Origin: Octopus sinensis
Taxonomy: Eukaryota
Assembly (NCBI RefSeq): GCF_006345805.1
Contig: NC_043018.1
Span: 20,708,001-20,772,000 of the forward strand
DNA length: 64,000 nucleotides
Reading direction: 5' to 3'
A program made the position numbers and the translations under genes. This document shows positions 1 to 14,218 of the stretch, in pieces; the stretch's first letter is position 1; every line of letters begins with the position of its first letter. The notes under the pieces were generated by a model, which made no database searches, was not told the DNA's origin, and saw only the letters and a program-made list of their open reading frames with translations.

Positions 1-386
1 GTAAAACCGATACAGCTTGGCACCTGTGACGTCGCAACTCATTTCTACAGCTGAGTGAACTGGAGCAACATGAAATAAAGTGTCTTGCTCAAGAACACAA
101 CACGCAGCCCGGTCCGGGATTCAAACTCACAACCTCACGATCGTAAGCTCGACGGTCTAACCACTGAGCCATAATAATAATAATAATAATAACAACAATA
201 ATAACAATAATAATAATAATAACAATAACAACAATAACAATAATAACAATAACAATAATAATAATAATAATAACAATAACAATAATAAAAATAATAATAA
301 TAATAAAGTCACCTCTCAGTAAACATAGCAATAACAATTCAAGAACATGAATATATAAAAAAAGAAATAATAAAATCTGGGATTAC

Positions 387-614
387 CCGATCATGTTGCT
401 GGTAATAATCAAGAATGGATGGCAGTAAAGGCAGAAGCAACGTGAATGCCAGAAGATCTATAATGAGTGAGACAAACACAACCAGTAGAACATATTTCTG
501 TTGTTTGCAATGAATTGGTGAATTCTTCTCCAATGTTGAGCCATTTCTTTGAGTTTTGTCTTCAGATATCTTAGAGGATGGCTCCAAGTTGCAAGACCTC
601 TTCCGGTGATCCAT
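387..614 (-). CDS. MFSD10: MFS transporter MFSD10, first coding exon (gene continues off the left edge)
   Basis: MDHRK...YVLLVVFVSLIIDLLAFTLLLPLLPSILDYYQQHDR matches the TM1 signature (DLLAFTLLLPLLP) of MFSD10/TETRAN. Acceptor ttttgcag ends at 622, ATG at 614, donor GTAATC at 386; 228 nt = 76 codons. Confidence 0.88.
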
Positions 615-1809
615 TGGATGTCTGCAAAATCACGAAATATTAATCAACGGCGTAAGACTCTAATGTGAAGGCATAAAGCTTAATGGTGAAGGTATTCAGC
701 TCATTATTGCCCACTACCTGAACACACGACAACGACCCATAGACTGTGGCCAAAATGCATCCAAGAAATTGACTTTATCAGATTTATCACAATTTATCTC
801 TGACATAATGGAATTGAAACATAGCTCACAGTCACACACGTGTTCCAGTTCAGTGTATTTATACCACCAGAACTATCATCACAACCATTTACAACCACTA
901 CCACAACTACTAAGACCACTACTATAACCACCACCACCACCAACACCATTCCCATCATTCCCTCCCTCCCACGACAATTATATTATCACCTTTTTCTTTA
1001 CTACCCACAAGAGGCTAAACACAGAGGGGACAAACAAGGACATACAAACGGATTAAGTCGATTATATCAACCCCAGTGGTAACTGGTATTTAATTTATCG
1101 TAACTGGTATTTAATTTAATAGGCGGCGAGCTGGCAGAATCGTTAGCACGCTGGGCGAAATGCGTAGCCGTATTTCGTCTGCCGTTACGTTCTGAGTTCA
1201 AATTCCGCCGAGGTTGACTTTGCCTTTCATCCTTTCGGGGTTGATAAATTAAGTACCAGTTACACACCGGGGTCGATATAATCGACTTAATCCGTTTGTA
1301 TGTCCTTGTTTGTCCCCTCTGTGTTTAGCCTCTTGTGGGTAGTAAAGAAATAGGTATTTAATTTATCGACCCCGAAAGGATGAAAGGCGAGGTCGACCTC
1401 GGCGGAATTTGAACTCAGAACGTAGCGGCAGACGAAATACCGCTAAGCATTTTGCCTGGCGTGCTAACGTTTCTACCAGTTCGCCGCCTTAATTATATTA
1501 TCACCATCATTATCACTACCACCACACCCATGAGAGAACCACTTCCACACTCATTACAACACTATAGACACCGACACCCCTACCACCACCACCAGCCTGA
1601 AGATGGCAGCACTGCCATGTTCCAATGTGGTTTGAAGAAAGAGAGAGCTTTCAGAAGGAATGAAAGACAAAAGCTGCGGCAATTGTGACGAAAGAGCAAC
1701 GACTGAGGAGATGATGGCAGTTGGGGAGGTTTGTGGAATCGGAGGGAGAGAGAGAATTAGTGGCAGTGGTGGGGAGGGGGGGGGAGACGTTGATGTGTAT
1801 GCATCTGCA

Positions 1810-3190
1810 CACATGCATTTATTTATATACACATATGCACACATGCATATACATATGCACACACACATATATACATATGCACGCACACACATTTATAAAT
1901 ACATATGCACACACACACACACACATACACACATTTATATATACATATACACACACACACATTTATATATACATATGCACACACACACACACATTTATAT
2001 ATACATATGCACACACACACATTTATATATACATATGCACACACACACACACATTTATATATACATATGCACACACACACACATTTATATATACATATGC
2101 ACACACTCACACATTTATATATACATATGCACACACACGCATTTATATATACATATGCACACACACACACATTTATATATACATATGCAAACACACACAC
2201 ACACACACATTTGTATATACACATGCACACACACACACACACACATTTATATATACATATGCAAACACACATACACACATTTATATATACATATGCACAC
2301 ACACACACATTTATATATACATATGCAAACACACATACACACATTTATATATACATATGCACACACACACACATTTATATATACATATGCACACACACAC
2401 ACATTTATAAATACATATGCACACACACACATTTATAAATACATATGCACACACACACATTTATAAATACATGCACACACACACATATATACATATGCAC
2501 ACACACATTTATAAATACATATGCACACACACACATTTATATATACATATGCGCACACACACACGTTTATATATACATATGCACACACACACACGTTTAT
2601 ATATACATATGCACACACTCACATTTATATATACATATGCACACACTCACACATTTATATATACATATGCAAACACACACACACACACACATTTATATAT
2701 ACACATGCAAACACACACATTTATATATACACATGCAAACACACACACACACATTTATATATACACATGCAAACACACACACACATTTAAATATACATAT
2801 GCAAACACACACACACATTTATATATACATATGCAAACACATACACACATTTATATATACATATGCAAACACACACACACATTTATATATACATATGCAA
2901 ACACACACACACATTTATATATACATATGCAAACACACACACACCATTTATATATATATATATATGCAAACACACACACACATTTATATATACATATGCA
3001 AACACACACACACACACATTTATATATACATATGCACACTCACACACACACTATATATACATTTTCACACACACACGCACACAAACATTTATATATACAT
3101 TTGTACACACACATATGCACACAAACATTTATATATACATATGCACACAACACACACACACATTTACATATGCACACACATACATTTATA
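1810..3190. repeat. Compound CA/TA minisatellite
   Basis: About 30-bp unit (CA)nTTTATATATACATATG. Confidence 0.95.
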
Positions 3191-3742
3191 TAAGAGAGGG
3201 AGAGAGAAGGGAAAGAGAGAGATAGGTCAGAAGTGAAATGGCATTCGAGAGAGAAATAGAAACTGGAGTCTGAGAAAGACATGAAGTGGCATAATTGTTG
3301 GCCAAAGAATGGAATTTGGTCTGAGATGGTTTCTAGACAGATTTCCAAGAGAATTTGCCTATTGATGGGAAACAGAACTTCACCAATGCTGTAACACAAT
3401 CTCAAGTATGTTATTGTCGACAGATGGCGCTGAATTCTAGAGAAACCATACATGGTTCTTTTGTGTGTTTGGAAAATAATCTCGGATTTTAATTCTAAAA
3501 TTAGAAACCTCAATAGAAATACACGACAGTTTCAAATGTCACTCTGCAAATCATGTTGTTGTTGTTGTTGTTGTTGGTGGTGGTGTTTAACCCTAGGCAG
3601 GTTCTGGTTGAGCAGACCTACGATTTCAATTATAATCATACCGTTTTTTTTTTTTTTTGCTTCTTTCTAACCAAGCAGTTAACTACATTAACTTTATTTG
3701 TTTAAGATGGTTAGGTTGTTACTACTACTACTACTACTACTA

Positions 3743-3776
<34 letters not shown>

Positions 3777-5789
3777 GCTGCTGCTGCTAATGCCATCATC
3801 ACCATTCACTTTCCCATGTTTGCATGGGTCAGACAGAATTCTTTGAGGTAGATTTTCTACATCCAAATGTCCTATCTGTCAACAACCATCACCTGTTTCC
3901 AAGTAAGATAGTGTTTCCTAGAACTGTCACCTTAATAGTAACAGAACAACTATTAACCTTTTTGTTACAATATTTGTTAAAATACACCCGTTTTGTTAAA
4001 GTAAATCTTGAAAACAACAAAGAATTTAGTAAAATAACTCATTAATCAACTAAATAGGCGCAGGAGGGGCTGTAACCACATGGTTCTGGGTTCATTCCCA
4101 TAGCATGGCACCTTTGGCAAGTGTCTTCTACTATAGCCTCAGGCCGACCAAAGCTTTGTGAGTGGATTTGGTAGACGGAAACTGAAAGAAGCCTGTCATA
4201 TATATGTATATACATATATATGTGAGTGCATATGTTTGTGTGTCTGTGTTTGTTCTCCCAACATTGCTTGACAACCGATGCTGGTGTGTTTACGTCCCCG
4301 TAACTTAGCAGTTCGGCAAAAGAGACCGATAGAATAAGTACTAGGCTTACAAATAATAAGTCCTGGGGTTGATTTGCTCCACTAAATGTGGTGCTTCAGC
4401 ATGGCCACAGTCAAATGACTGAAACAAGTAAAAGAGTGATGTTATAAACACAAATTAACATGAAATTTCGAAGGAGGTCTTTAATTTAGATCACTAACAC
4501 TTTTGTTACCATATTTTCTGTTGGTATATACTGCCTGTATTTAAATTAATCTTGAAAATAACAAAGAATTTGGTAAAATAACTTTGTCGTTAATAAAATG
4601 ATGTTAAAAATATACCATATTTCGTTGAAATATGCTACCTCTAAATTAATTTTGTCGCCAGTGGCACATAAAAGGCACCATTCGAGTGTGATCATTACCA
4701 GAATCGCCTTACTGGCACTTGTGTCCGTGCTAGTAGGGTGCCAAGAGCACCATCCAAGCATGATCATTGCCAGAGCAGCCAACTGGCTTCCATGCTGGTG
4801 GCACATAAAAGGGCACCATTTGAGCGTGATTGTTACCAGCGCCGCCTTAGTGGCACCTGTGCTGGTGGCATGTATAAAAAGATTTGAGCGAGGTCATTGC
4901 CAGTACTGCCTGACTGACCCCCATGCCGGTGACACGTAAAAAGCACCCACTACATTCTCGGAGTGGTTGGCGTTAGGAAGGGCATCCAGCTGTAGAAACT
5001 CTGCCAAATCAAGATTGGAGCCTGGTGTGGCCGTCTGGTTCGCCGGCCCTCAGTCAAAATCGCCCAACCCATGCTAGCATGGAAAGCGGTCGTTAAACGA
5101 TGACGATGATGATGATGATGATTATCATGCTGGTGTTTAGAAAGTAAATTAACATGAAATTTTGATGAAAGCTTTTAATTTAGATTATTTTTAAAACAGG
5201 GAATTTGAACCAGAGAACCAGGAACAGTCTCAGGAGGGTTAGAATCAAAGGATTTTTGGAAACAGATGCAATTACGAAAAATTGGATGCTGGTTTAATTT
5301 GAAAGAGAGGAGAACTAATGACAGGTAACAAAAACGAGGAAAAAAAGGCTAAAAGATGGTGAAATAGCATCAGTCGAGCGAGGTTTATTAATATTTTGAC
5401 TGTGGCAGTGACTGCAAAGATTTTAAAGTGTGTGTGTGTGTGTTAATATATGGCTTCAGCGATATGAAAATAGAAATTTTGTTATTCAGGTTAAATCTAA
5501 ATCTCCGATAATGAATGTTGTGTAAAAACATCATGTCTGCAAAGTTTTAATTCCAAAAATCTCTTCAGATTATTGCTTCTAAGCAGGAAAAAATAGCACG
5601 TTCTCAAACAACAGCAACAACAACAAAAAACGTGCCTAATTGTTTTCAACAAGAATAGATTAAACCAAGCATTGATATTTTAGAAAAAAATAACTGCCAC
5701 AAAGATCCTAGTTGAATAAAAAGGAATTAGTAGTTATGCATAAAGGAATATTACACTACAGTTATATCAATAACATGGTACCACTACAT

Positions 5790-6570
5790 TTCCACACACC
5801 ATACTATACCAGACTACAGCACTACTGTACACAGTACTATATCATAGAGTACCCCTAGAGTACGACAGCTCTACTATGCTCCATACTGCAACCATAAAGT
5901 ACCCCAATAGTAGTATAGCTCTGGTAAACTCCATACTATATCAGGCAGTACCCCTACAGTGCTATATCTCTACCATACACCATACTATACCAGACAGTTC
6001 TCAACTCTACCATACATCATTCTATACCAGACAGTACCTCTATAGTACTACAGCTCTACCATACACCATTCTATACCAGACAGTACCTCTATAGTTCTAC
6101 AGCTCTACCATACACCATACTATACCAGACAGTACCTCTATAGTACTACAGCTCTACCATACACCATACTATACCAGACAGTTCTCAACTCTACCATACA
6201 CCATTCTATACCACATAGTACCCCTATTGTACCACAGCTCTACCATACTATACCAGACAGTTCTCAACTCTACCATACATCATTCTATACCAGACAGTAC
6301 CTCTATAGTACTACAGCTCTACCATACACCATTCTATACCAGACAGTACCTCTATAGTTCTACAGCTCTACCATACACCATACTATACCAGACAGTACCT
6401 CTATAGTACTACAGCTCTACCATACACCATACTATACCAGACAGTTCTCAACTCTACCATACACCATTCTATACCACATAGTACCCCTATTGTACCACAG
6501 CTCTACCATACTATACCAGACAGTACCCCTATAGTACTACAGCTCTACCATACACCATACTGTACCATGT
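5790..6570. repeat. CTCTACCATACACCATACTATACCAGACAGT minisatellite with higher-order duplication
   Basis: Units of about 35-50 bp; a 263-bp block is repeated (6011 vs 6274). Confidence 0.9.
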
Positions 6571-6950
6571 GGTATAGTGGTATGAATATCCAATGCAACA
6601 TAATTATGTTCTGGTTTGATATAATAACAACTTAAATAGAAATAAATCCAGAATTTTTTTTCTATTTCTTTTAATCTCGCTAATCTTTATAATCTCTCTG
6701 TAGATTCTGTTTCTCCCAATCTTTGATTTCATTACGGGGGGGGGGGATGCTTTTAATTTACCATTGCTGATTCAAGTATGTTGCTGTATCCATAGTAATA
6801 TTTATAAACTGTATACACATATACTGTATGTGCATGTGTGTTAGTGTGCATACATACTCTTATGTGTGTGTGTGAGTGCATGCACACATGAGTGTGTGTG
6901 TGTATATATATATATATATGTTGTGTGTGTGAGTATATACATGTCTATGT

Positions 6951-7001
<51 letters not shown>

Positions 7002-7050
7002 AGAGAGTATATACATGTCTATATATATGTGAGTATATACATGTCTATGT

Positions 7051-7094
<44 letters not shown>

Positions 7095-8009
7095 TATATG
7101 CATATATACAGACACACACATAATTAGCAATATAATTTCTTAATTAATCATCGTTAGTTGCATCAATATCTCTAAATACTTTGCTTTATCAAAACTATTT
7201 TCATCTGTATAACTGTGTGTAGTAAATATTACTTATAAACAAACATATTGATATCCTCTCTGTTTGCAATATATAAATACATCTGTTGTGATATCATTTA
7301 TAGACATGACAACAATCTAACCCATGCTGTCATGGAGGACAGACGTTAAGTGAGGATGATGAAGATGATGGCATCAGCCCCCAACTACAATTTCCATTTG
7401 ATTGGGGTTTGATCTTGCTATACACCTTGTATGACATTTAAAGCCCTTTCACTGTATTTGGCTACCTGATGTCAACAACTGTATGGAGGTATATGCCACT
7501 GAATTTATTTCAGGAATTGTAGTACTTCCTTCTCGGAGATAGTTTAGTGTGATGTGATGGAGACTTGGTTGTTATTTCTAGAAAATTCAACAACCCTACA
7601 GAGTAGTCATGAGCAGCCTATGGCCTGTGAGACCTTCTGAATAGTAAACCTAAACAAAAAAATTACCCTGATTTTGCTTTACTAGTGTGGCCCCACATAA
7701 TAATAAACCATATTTCATGCAGTCCACATGGCTTAGTGGTTAGGGGTGTTGGGCTCCTGAGCCTAAGATTGTGGTTTCAATTCCTGGACAAGGCAATGCA
7801 TTGTGTTCTTGATCAAAACACTTCGTTTCACGTTTCTGCAGTTCACTCAGCTGGCAAAAGTGAGTAATCCTACAACGGACTAGCCTCCTATCCAGGGGAG
7901 GAAGAAATGCACCAGAAAAACCAAGAAACCAGCCCTGTGCCCCTTATGAAATAATGTAGACCCAACATATCTGCCAGAGGCTCTTTCGAGAGGTTGTTAA
8001 CCTCTTACC

Positions 8010-8200
8010 TACTACAGGAGTTGCAATTTGAAACTAGGACAGCAAGAGTATTTATATTCATTATCTTATTTCTAACAACGAGTTCAGATTTTAATATCTT
8101 CTCCTTCATACCTGTTGCATGTTCTGTCATGTCACTTTTATAAATACCAAAGTACTTGAAGGATTGATTCCGTCCTCAATGATTGCATTCACTATCTTGC
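8010..8200 (-). mobile_element. Old R4/Dong-like reverse transcriptase fragment
   Basis: FKYFGIYKSDMTEHATGMKEKILKSELVVRNKIMNINTLAVLV resembles the KYLGI...MKEKI...LKSEL..NKI.AINTLAV region of these RTs. Confidence 0.55.
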
Positions 8201-8493
8201 AATATTGAACTTAGAACATGTTCAGCCTTTAACCCTTTAGCATTTAGGTTACCCTGTCGAATGTAATTCTTATTTTACTCTTACTCTTTACTCTTTTACT
8301 TGTTTCAGTCATTTGACTGCGACTATGCTGGAGCACTGCCTTTAGTCGAGCAAATCGACCCCGGGACTTATTCTTTGTAAGCCCAGTACTTATTCTATCG
8401 GTCTCTTTTACCGAACTGCTAGGTGACGGGGACGTAAACACACCAGCATCAGTTGTCAAGCAATGCTAGGGGGACAAACACAGACACACAAAT

Positions 8494-8526
<33 letters not shown>

Positions 8527-8634
8527 AAGTTAATCCAAACAAGAAAACACAGAAAAAAAGAGAAAAAAACACAGCAACGCAGGACGTAGAACAATTAAAG
8601 TATTATTGACGCTCAGGAAAGAAGGGAAGGAGGG

Positions 8635-8668
<34 letters not shown>

Positions 8669-9036
8669 GACAGGCTTCTTTCAGTTTCCGTCTACCAAAT
8701 CCACTCACAAGGCATTGGCCGGCCCGGGGCTATAGCAGAAGACACTTGCCCAAGGTGCCACGCAGTGGGACTGAACCCGAAACCATGTAGCTGGTTAGCA
8801 AGCTACTTACCACACAGCCACTCCTGCGCCTATTTATTCAAATTGTCTTGAATTAATCCAGTATAATTTAATAGCTTTGAGATTTCAATGATGTGACAGT
8901 TTATATTTAGAATGACATTGCAGGACAGGTGTGAGAGGCCTGATCTGTTCAGTTTCACTATAAGACAAGGAGAATATTTGGGGCAGATATGGTTGGTTTA
9001 AATGCTAAAGGGTTAGTTTATCTTTCTGTTAGAATA

Positions 9037-9440
9037 GTTATTGTGAAGCTGGGGTGCCCAGGAAATAAGGGGTCAGTGACATCACTTAGCAAACGGCTAA
9101 GGGCTGAGGGAAAAAAACATAAAGGCTAAAACAGCTTGTAGTTTTTTTGGGGAAAAAAAGCATAATTTACCTATCTTGTGGGTCCTTTTATTGTGTCAAT
9201 CCATTCCAGCCAGGATATATCCGTAGGGAACCCTACCTGCCTGACCTCTGCCCAGGAGCTAACAGCAAACTCCCTCAATTCACATGACCACCATGTTTGT
9301 CATGAATGACAGCTCCAAGGCAAAATGAAGCTCATACTAGTCGTCCTTCACTCCTCTCTTTACAGCAAGGCCCCTTCACCATTTGTGTGATGTCACTAGC
9401 CCTATAACTTCTGGCCCACCACAGCCCCATAGCTAATTAA
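9037..9440. mobile_element. Degenerate MITE-like element
   Basis: Imperfect terminal inverted repeats centred on AGTGACATCAC / GTGATGTCACT. Confidence 0.4.
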
Positions 9441-9974
9441 CACATTTATCTAATCCCATATTCATTTTACTGCAGAATGAATATCTGGGTAGTTGGCAGC
9501 TTCAGTAGTGCATATCGAGGAGGAGGGGAATTATTATTATTATTAATCGTGGCCGATGCCAGCGCTGCCATGACTGGCTTCCGTGCCGGTGGCACGTAAA
9601 AAGCACCAATCCGATCGTGGCCGTTGCCAGCCTCGCCTGGCACCTGTGCAGGTGGCACATAAAAAGCACCCACTACACTCACAGAGTGGTTGGCGTTAGG
9701 AAGGGCATCCAGCTGTAGAAACACTGCCAGATCAGACCGGAGCCTGGTGCAGCCTTCTGGCTTCCTAGATCCCCAGTCGAACCGTGCTAGCACAGAAAAC
9801 AGATGTTAAACGATGATGATTATTATTATTTTAACAATCATTTTTGCATGCTTTCATGGGTCAGCTGAAATACATTACAGCAGATGCTTTTCTACGACCA
9901 GATGCTTTTCCTGTCACCAACCTTCACCTGTTTCCAAACAAAGTAAATATTTCTCCCTGCCCTTTTAAACAGAC

Positions 9975-10900
9975 ATATGTGCATCTCTGATCACGAGCAG
10001 AAGTAGTGGGGGAGCATCATAGCCATGTGTTGAGAGGGATTCTTTGGGGTTTGAATAATTCCCCTCAGGAAACATGTACATCCTTAAAACAATCCTTATT
10101 CAGGGACCTTTTGAGCAGGATGGGTTACTAGACCAGAAAAAAATTCTAACTGGGCCCTACCTGCAAGATCATGCGCTGTTTATCTTGATATGTGATCACC
10201 ATGTCATGTACATATGATTGTGATGCATGTGCCTAGTGTACCCTTATCAGACGGGTAGTCATGATGGGTATACTGGGTTTCATATATTTTACCCCAGTGT
10301 CACTTTGATGGCATGCTCTGCTCTCTCACTCAAGAATAATAATAATAATAATGCAGTACCAGGCAGTGGCTCTCGTGGCTTCTGATCTTAACTGATTGGA
10401 AGTGTTATCATGTACATTGTTTTGTCTTGGTATAAAAGATGGGCTACAGCAAATATTCTGCTCAATACCACAGATTTGCTTGTCAGTTGTTTGACCTTAA
10501 TCAGTTGAGCATGTCCCTTAGTGGCTGACGATATGTGCATCTCTGATCACGAGCAGAAGTAGTGGGGGAGCATCATAGCTGTGTGTTGAAAGGGATTCTT
10601 TGGGGTTTGAATAATTCACCTCTGGAAACATGGGTGTTTCGTTCAACATCCTTAAACAACTCTTATTCAGGGACCTTTCGAGTGGGATGGGTTACTCGAC
10701 CAGAAGAAAATTCTAACTGGGCCCCACCTGCAAGGTCATGTGCTGTTTATCTTGATATGAGATCACCATGTCGCATACATATGATTGTGATTCATGTGCC
10801 TGGTGTACCCTTATCAGACAGTTAGTCATGATGGGTATATTGGGCTTCATATATTTTACCCCAGTGTCACTTTGATGGCATGAACTGCTCTTTCACACAA
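9975..10900 (+). repeat. Two tandem copies of an (AAT)n-tailed retroposon sequence
   Basis: About 360 bp repeated at 9975-10330 and 10530-10895, each ending in (AAT)n; its 5' start GCAGTACCAG recurs after the AAT tract near 59915. Confidence 0.7.
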
Positions 10901-10923
10901 TAATAATAATAATAATGATGATG

Positions 10924-10980
<57 letters not shown>

Positions 10981-11139
10981 GATAATGATGATGATAATAA
11001 TATAAATAGAGTAAATAAAGACTATAGCTTGTTTTGAGGTGCTTGTTACCATGCACACACACATACACACACCAGTTTCTACAGCAAATACGGATCAAAT
11101 GGTGTTATCTTTTTTTGTGGTGGGGGGGATCAGAAGCAA

Positions 11140-11475
11140 ACGTGTGTTGATGTGTGTGTGTGTGTGTGTGTGTGTGCATGTATGTGTTTAAGTGCATGTC
11201 TATGTGTGCGTTTATGTTTAAGTTTTGTGTGTGCATGTGTGTATGCTTAGGTTTGCATATGCGTGTGTTTAAGTTTGTGTGTGTGTGTGTGTTTAACTTT
11301 GTATGTGTGTGTTTAAATTTGTGTGTGTGTGTGTGTTTAAGCTTGTGTGTGTGTGTATGTGTGTGTGTTTGAATGTGTGTGTGTGTATGTTTTTAAGTTT
11401 GTGTGTGTGTGTATGTTTAAGTTTATTTAGGTTTAAATTTGTGTGTGTGTGTGTGTGTATGTTTAAGTTTGTGTG

Positions 11476-11523
<48 letters not shown>

Positions 11524-11575
11524 TTGTTTAAGTTTGGGTGTGTGTGTGTGAGTGTGTTTAAGTCTGTGTGTGTGT
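11140..11575. repeat. (GT)n microsatellite punctuated by TTTAAG
   Basis: Direct inspection. Confidence 0.9.
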
Positions 11576-11579
11576 ACAA

Positions 11580-11741
11580 ATATTGATACAAAGTCTCTTT
11601 AACTTTTTACAAAGAATAAACATTGGCTATCCTCATAATACAACTTTACATAAAGCGTCGAATGACAAGAGTTTCTGCAACAGAGTCTTAATCCAACGAC
11701 ATCAAAGGAGCTCTTTGTTGCAGAATTTCAATACATTTGAC
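11580..11741 (-). ncRNA. Putative terminal exon start (3' extent unknown, perhaps to the AATAAA near 5385)
   Basis: Acceptor ttctgtttctttgtacacag|G at 11742; UTR-like sequence follows with no strong donor. Confidence 0.4.
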
Positions 11742-13113
11742 CTGTGTACAAAGAAACAGAATATTTACTCAGGGACGCCATAGACAAACACAGACATAGT
11801 TAAATGCTTGAACAGAAAATAATGAAATAATGCCTCTCTGCAATTAATATCAAATCATAAAGAGAACCATCCAATCGTGGCCGTTGCCAGCGCCGCCCCG
11901 ACTGGCCTCTGTGCCGGTGGCACGTAAAATGCACCATTCGATTGTGGCCGTTGCCAGCCTAGTCTGGCCCCATGCCAGTGGCACATACAAAGCACCAATC
12001 CGATCATGGCCGTTTGCCAGCCTCGTCTGGCACCTGTGCAGGTGGCGCGTAAAAAGCACCCACTACACTCTCGGAGTGGTTGGCGTTAGGAAGGACATCC
12101 AGCTGTAGAAACACTGCCAGATCAGACTGGGCCTGGCGCAGCCTTCTGGCTTTCCAGACCCCAGTCGAACCGTCCAACCCATGCTAGCATGGAGAACAGA
12201 CGCTAAACGATGATGATGATGATGATGGTTGGGTGTCATTGCTGTAGTTGTCGTCTTAATTCAGCCCAGATTAAATAGATTTAGGATCAAAGCCTCTCTA
12301 ACATAGACAAAAGCTTGGGTGTGTGGTTAGGAAGTTGGCTTCCCAACTGCATGGTTTTAAGTTCAATCTGACGGTGGGGCAGTTTCAACAAGTGGCAAGT
12401 AAATATGAAATTACATGGAACCTTGGTGAAAGGACTCTTCTTGTGTATTGCCTGGTATACTTAATCGGCATCCTGCAGATGAAGGTCAGAGGGTATATCA
12501 GTTGAAACGTGTTAGCAGTTCGGCAAAAGAGACCAATAGACTAAGTACTAGGCTTACGAAAGAATAAGTCTTGGGGTCAATTTGTTTGACTGAAGGTGGT
12601 GCTCCAGGATGGCTACAGTCAAATGACTGAAATAAATAAAAGACTAAAACAAGAAAAGAATAAAAGAAAAAAATAACCCAGTCATAAGAAATTAAGGGAT
12701 TCCAGGCGGTGGCACCAATTTCAAGACAAAATGGATGGAGTGGCTCAATAAATTTGCATACGTGCCACGAAGACACAAACAAGAAAATAAACGATGATAG
12801 ATTACATTATCATTATCATTTAACATCTGCTTTTCATGCTGTCATGGGTTGGATGGTTTGATAGGAACTGGCTGGGCAGTGTGTTTTGGCATGGTTTTTA
12901 CAGCTGGGTGCCCTTCCTAACACCATCCACCCCTCAGAGTGGACTGGAAGTGCTTTTTATGTGGTTCCAGCATAGATAATAAAAGTACAAATGAAAAAAA
13001 AACACATGTAGAATAATCATTATAAGGAAATGATAAAAAAAAATTAAAGACATTATTAAAATTCTTTGATTCTAAAGGATCCTGCAAATAAATATATGCG
13101 TGTTTATGTGTGA

Positions 13114-13144
<31 letters not shown>

Positions 13145-13368
13145 TATATATTACACACACACACACATTCACATACACACACACATTCAAGTACACACAC
13201 ACATTTACGTACACACACACACACATTCATGTAAACACACACACATTCACGTACACAGACACATTCATGTACACACACATACATTCACACACTCATGTAC
13301 ACACATACATACACACACTCTCCCTCTCTCACACATATAATTTAATGAACACCAATAAGTATTCTTAC

Positions 13369-13473
13369 GAGCTACCAATAGTTTCATGTGATGAAAACGT
13401 CTCAGACCATATTTTTTAACACATCTGGTGCCTTCATGCAATCTTCTGGCTATGCCCACATGGCATAACAAAG
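13369..13473 (-). ncRNA. Putative 105-nt internal exon
   Basis: ttgtcctgtttttag| ... |GTAAGA; a unique island between a CA repeat and a Helitron; one open frame (LLCHVGIARRLHEGTRCVKKYGLRRFHHMKLLVA). Confidence 0.5.
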
Positions 13474-13506
13474 CTAAAAACAGGACAATATTGTGTTTAT
13501 CAAATA

Positions 13507-13906
13507 CTAGCAGTATCGCCCGGCGTTGCTCAGGTTTGTAAGGGAAATAACTATATAAGCATTTTTAGAGAGTTATAGCCAAAAAATAGCAAAAAAATGC
13601 ATTAAAATGGAAAAAAAATGATGGTAAATTTTTTTAAAAATCGTTGACTCATCGTAGACATTTTTAGAGAGTTACTTCCCTTATATAATAGCGAAAAAAA
13701 TGCATTAAAATGAAAAAAATGATGGTAAATTTTTTTTTAAATTGTAGACTCATCGTAGACGCACGCTAATACCCAGAAGGGCTCGATATGAATCACGACT
13801 ATAAGATACCCGGTTTTGGTTAAACTGCACCGCAAAATGTGGGAGTAGTTAGGAATCTAAATCGTAGGAGACAGACAGCACACAACCTCACTTTTATATA
13901 TAAAGA
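13507..13906 (-). mobile_element. Non-autonomous Helitron
   Basis: On minus: A|TCTTTATATATAAAAG ... subterminal hairpin CCTGAGCAACGCCGGG ... CTAG|T; inserted at an A/T site without a TSD; internal duplication present. Confidence 0.75.
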
Positions 13907-14185
13907 TTTATCACTCACCAGATAGAGTACCTTTTTCTGTTAATCTTACCACCAAGGAACAGCACGTGTGTTTGTGTGTGAGTGTGTGTTATATCTAGAT
14001 TACAATGATGTTACAATCGCGGTAAACTAAAACCACTTAGTAAACTTGTGTGATGTCGTGTCAGCATAAAATCTCTTAACAATGAATGACGAAATAAGGA
14101 ATTAAACAGAACGAGGACTGTCTTAGAAATGTGAAACAGTACAAAGGAAGATAATGACAATGAGCGGGAACATTAATGAGAAAAC

Positions 14186-14218
14186 GGAAAACCCCACTTT
14201 ATGTGACGGGGAATTTCC
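14186..14218. promoter_or_regulatory. Paired NF-kB/Rel sites
   Basis: GGGGAATTTCC (14208-14218, +) and GGGGTTTTCC (14195-14186, -), 12 bp apart, with a TGACG half-site abutting the first. Confidence 0.45.

Noticed and set aside
1660-3236. Long His/Thr/Tyr/Ile-rich ORFs (up to 268 aa)
   Set aside because: Translations of the CA/TA minisatellite, open in several frames on both strands; the same applies to 25301-27224 and 33065-34289.
13369-13473. Alternative frame LCYAMWA*PEDCMKAPDVLKNMV*... rescued by stop-codon editing or selenocysteine
   Set aside because: It would need four independent recoding events; no SECIS or recognisable homology was seen.
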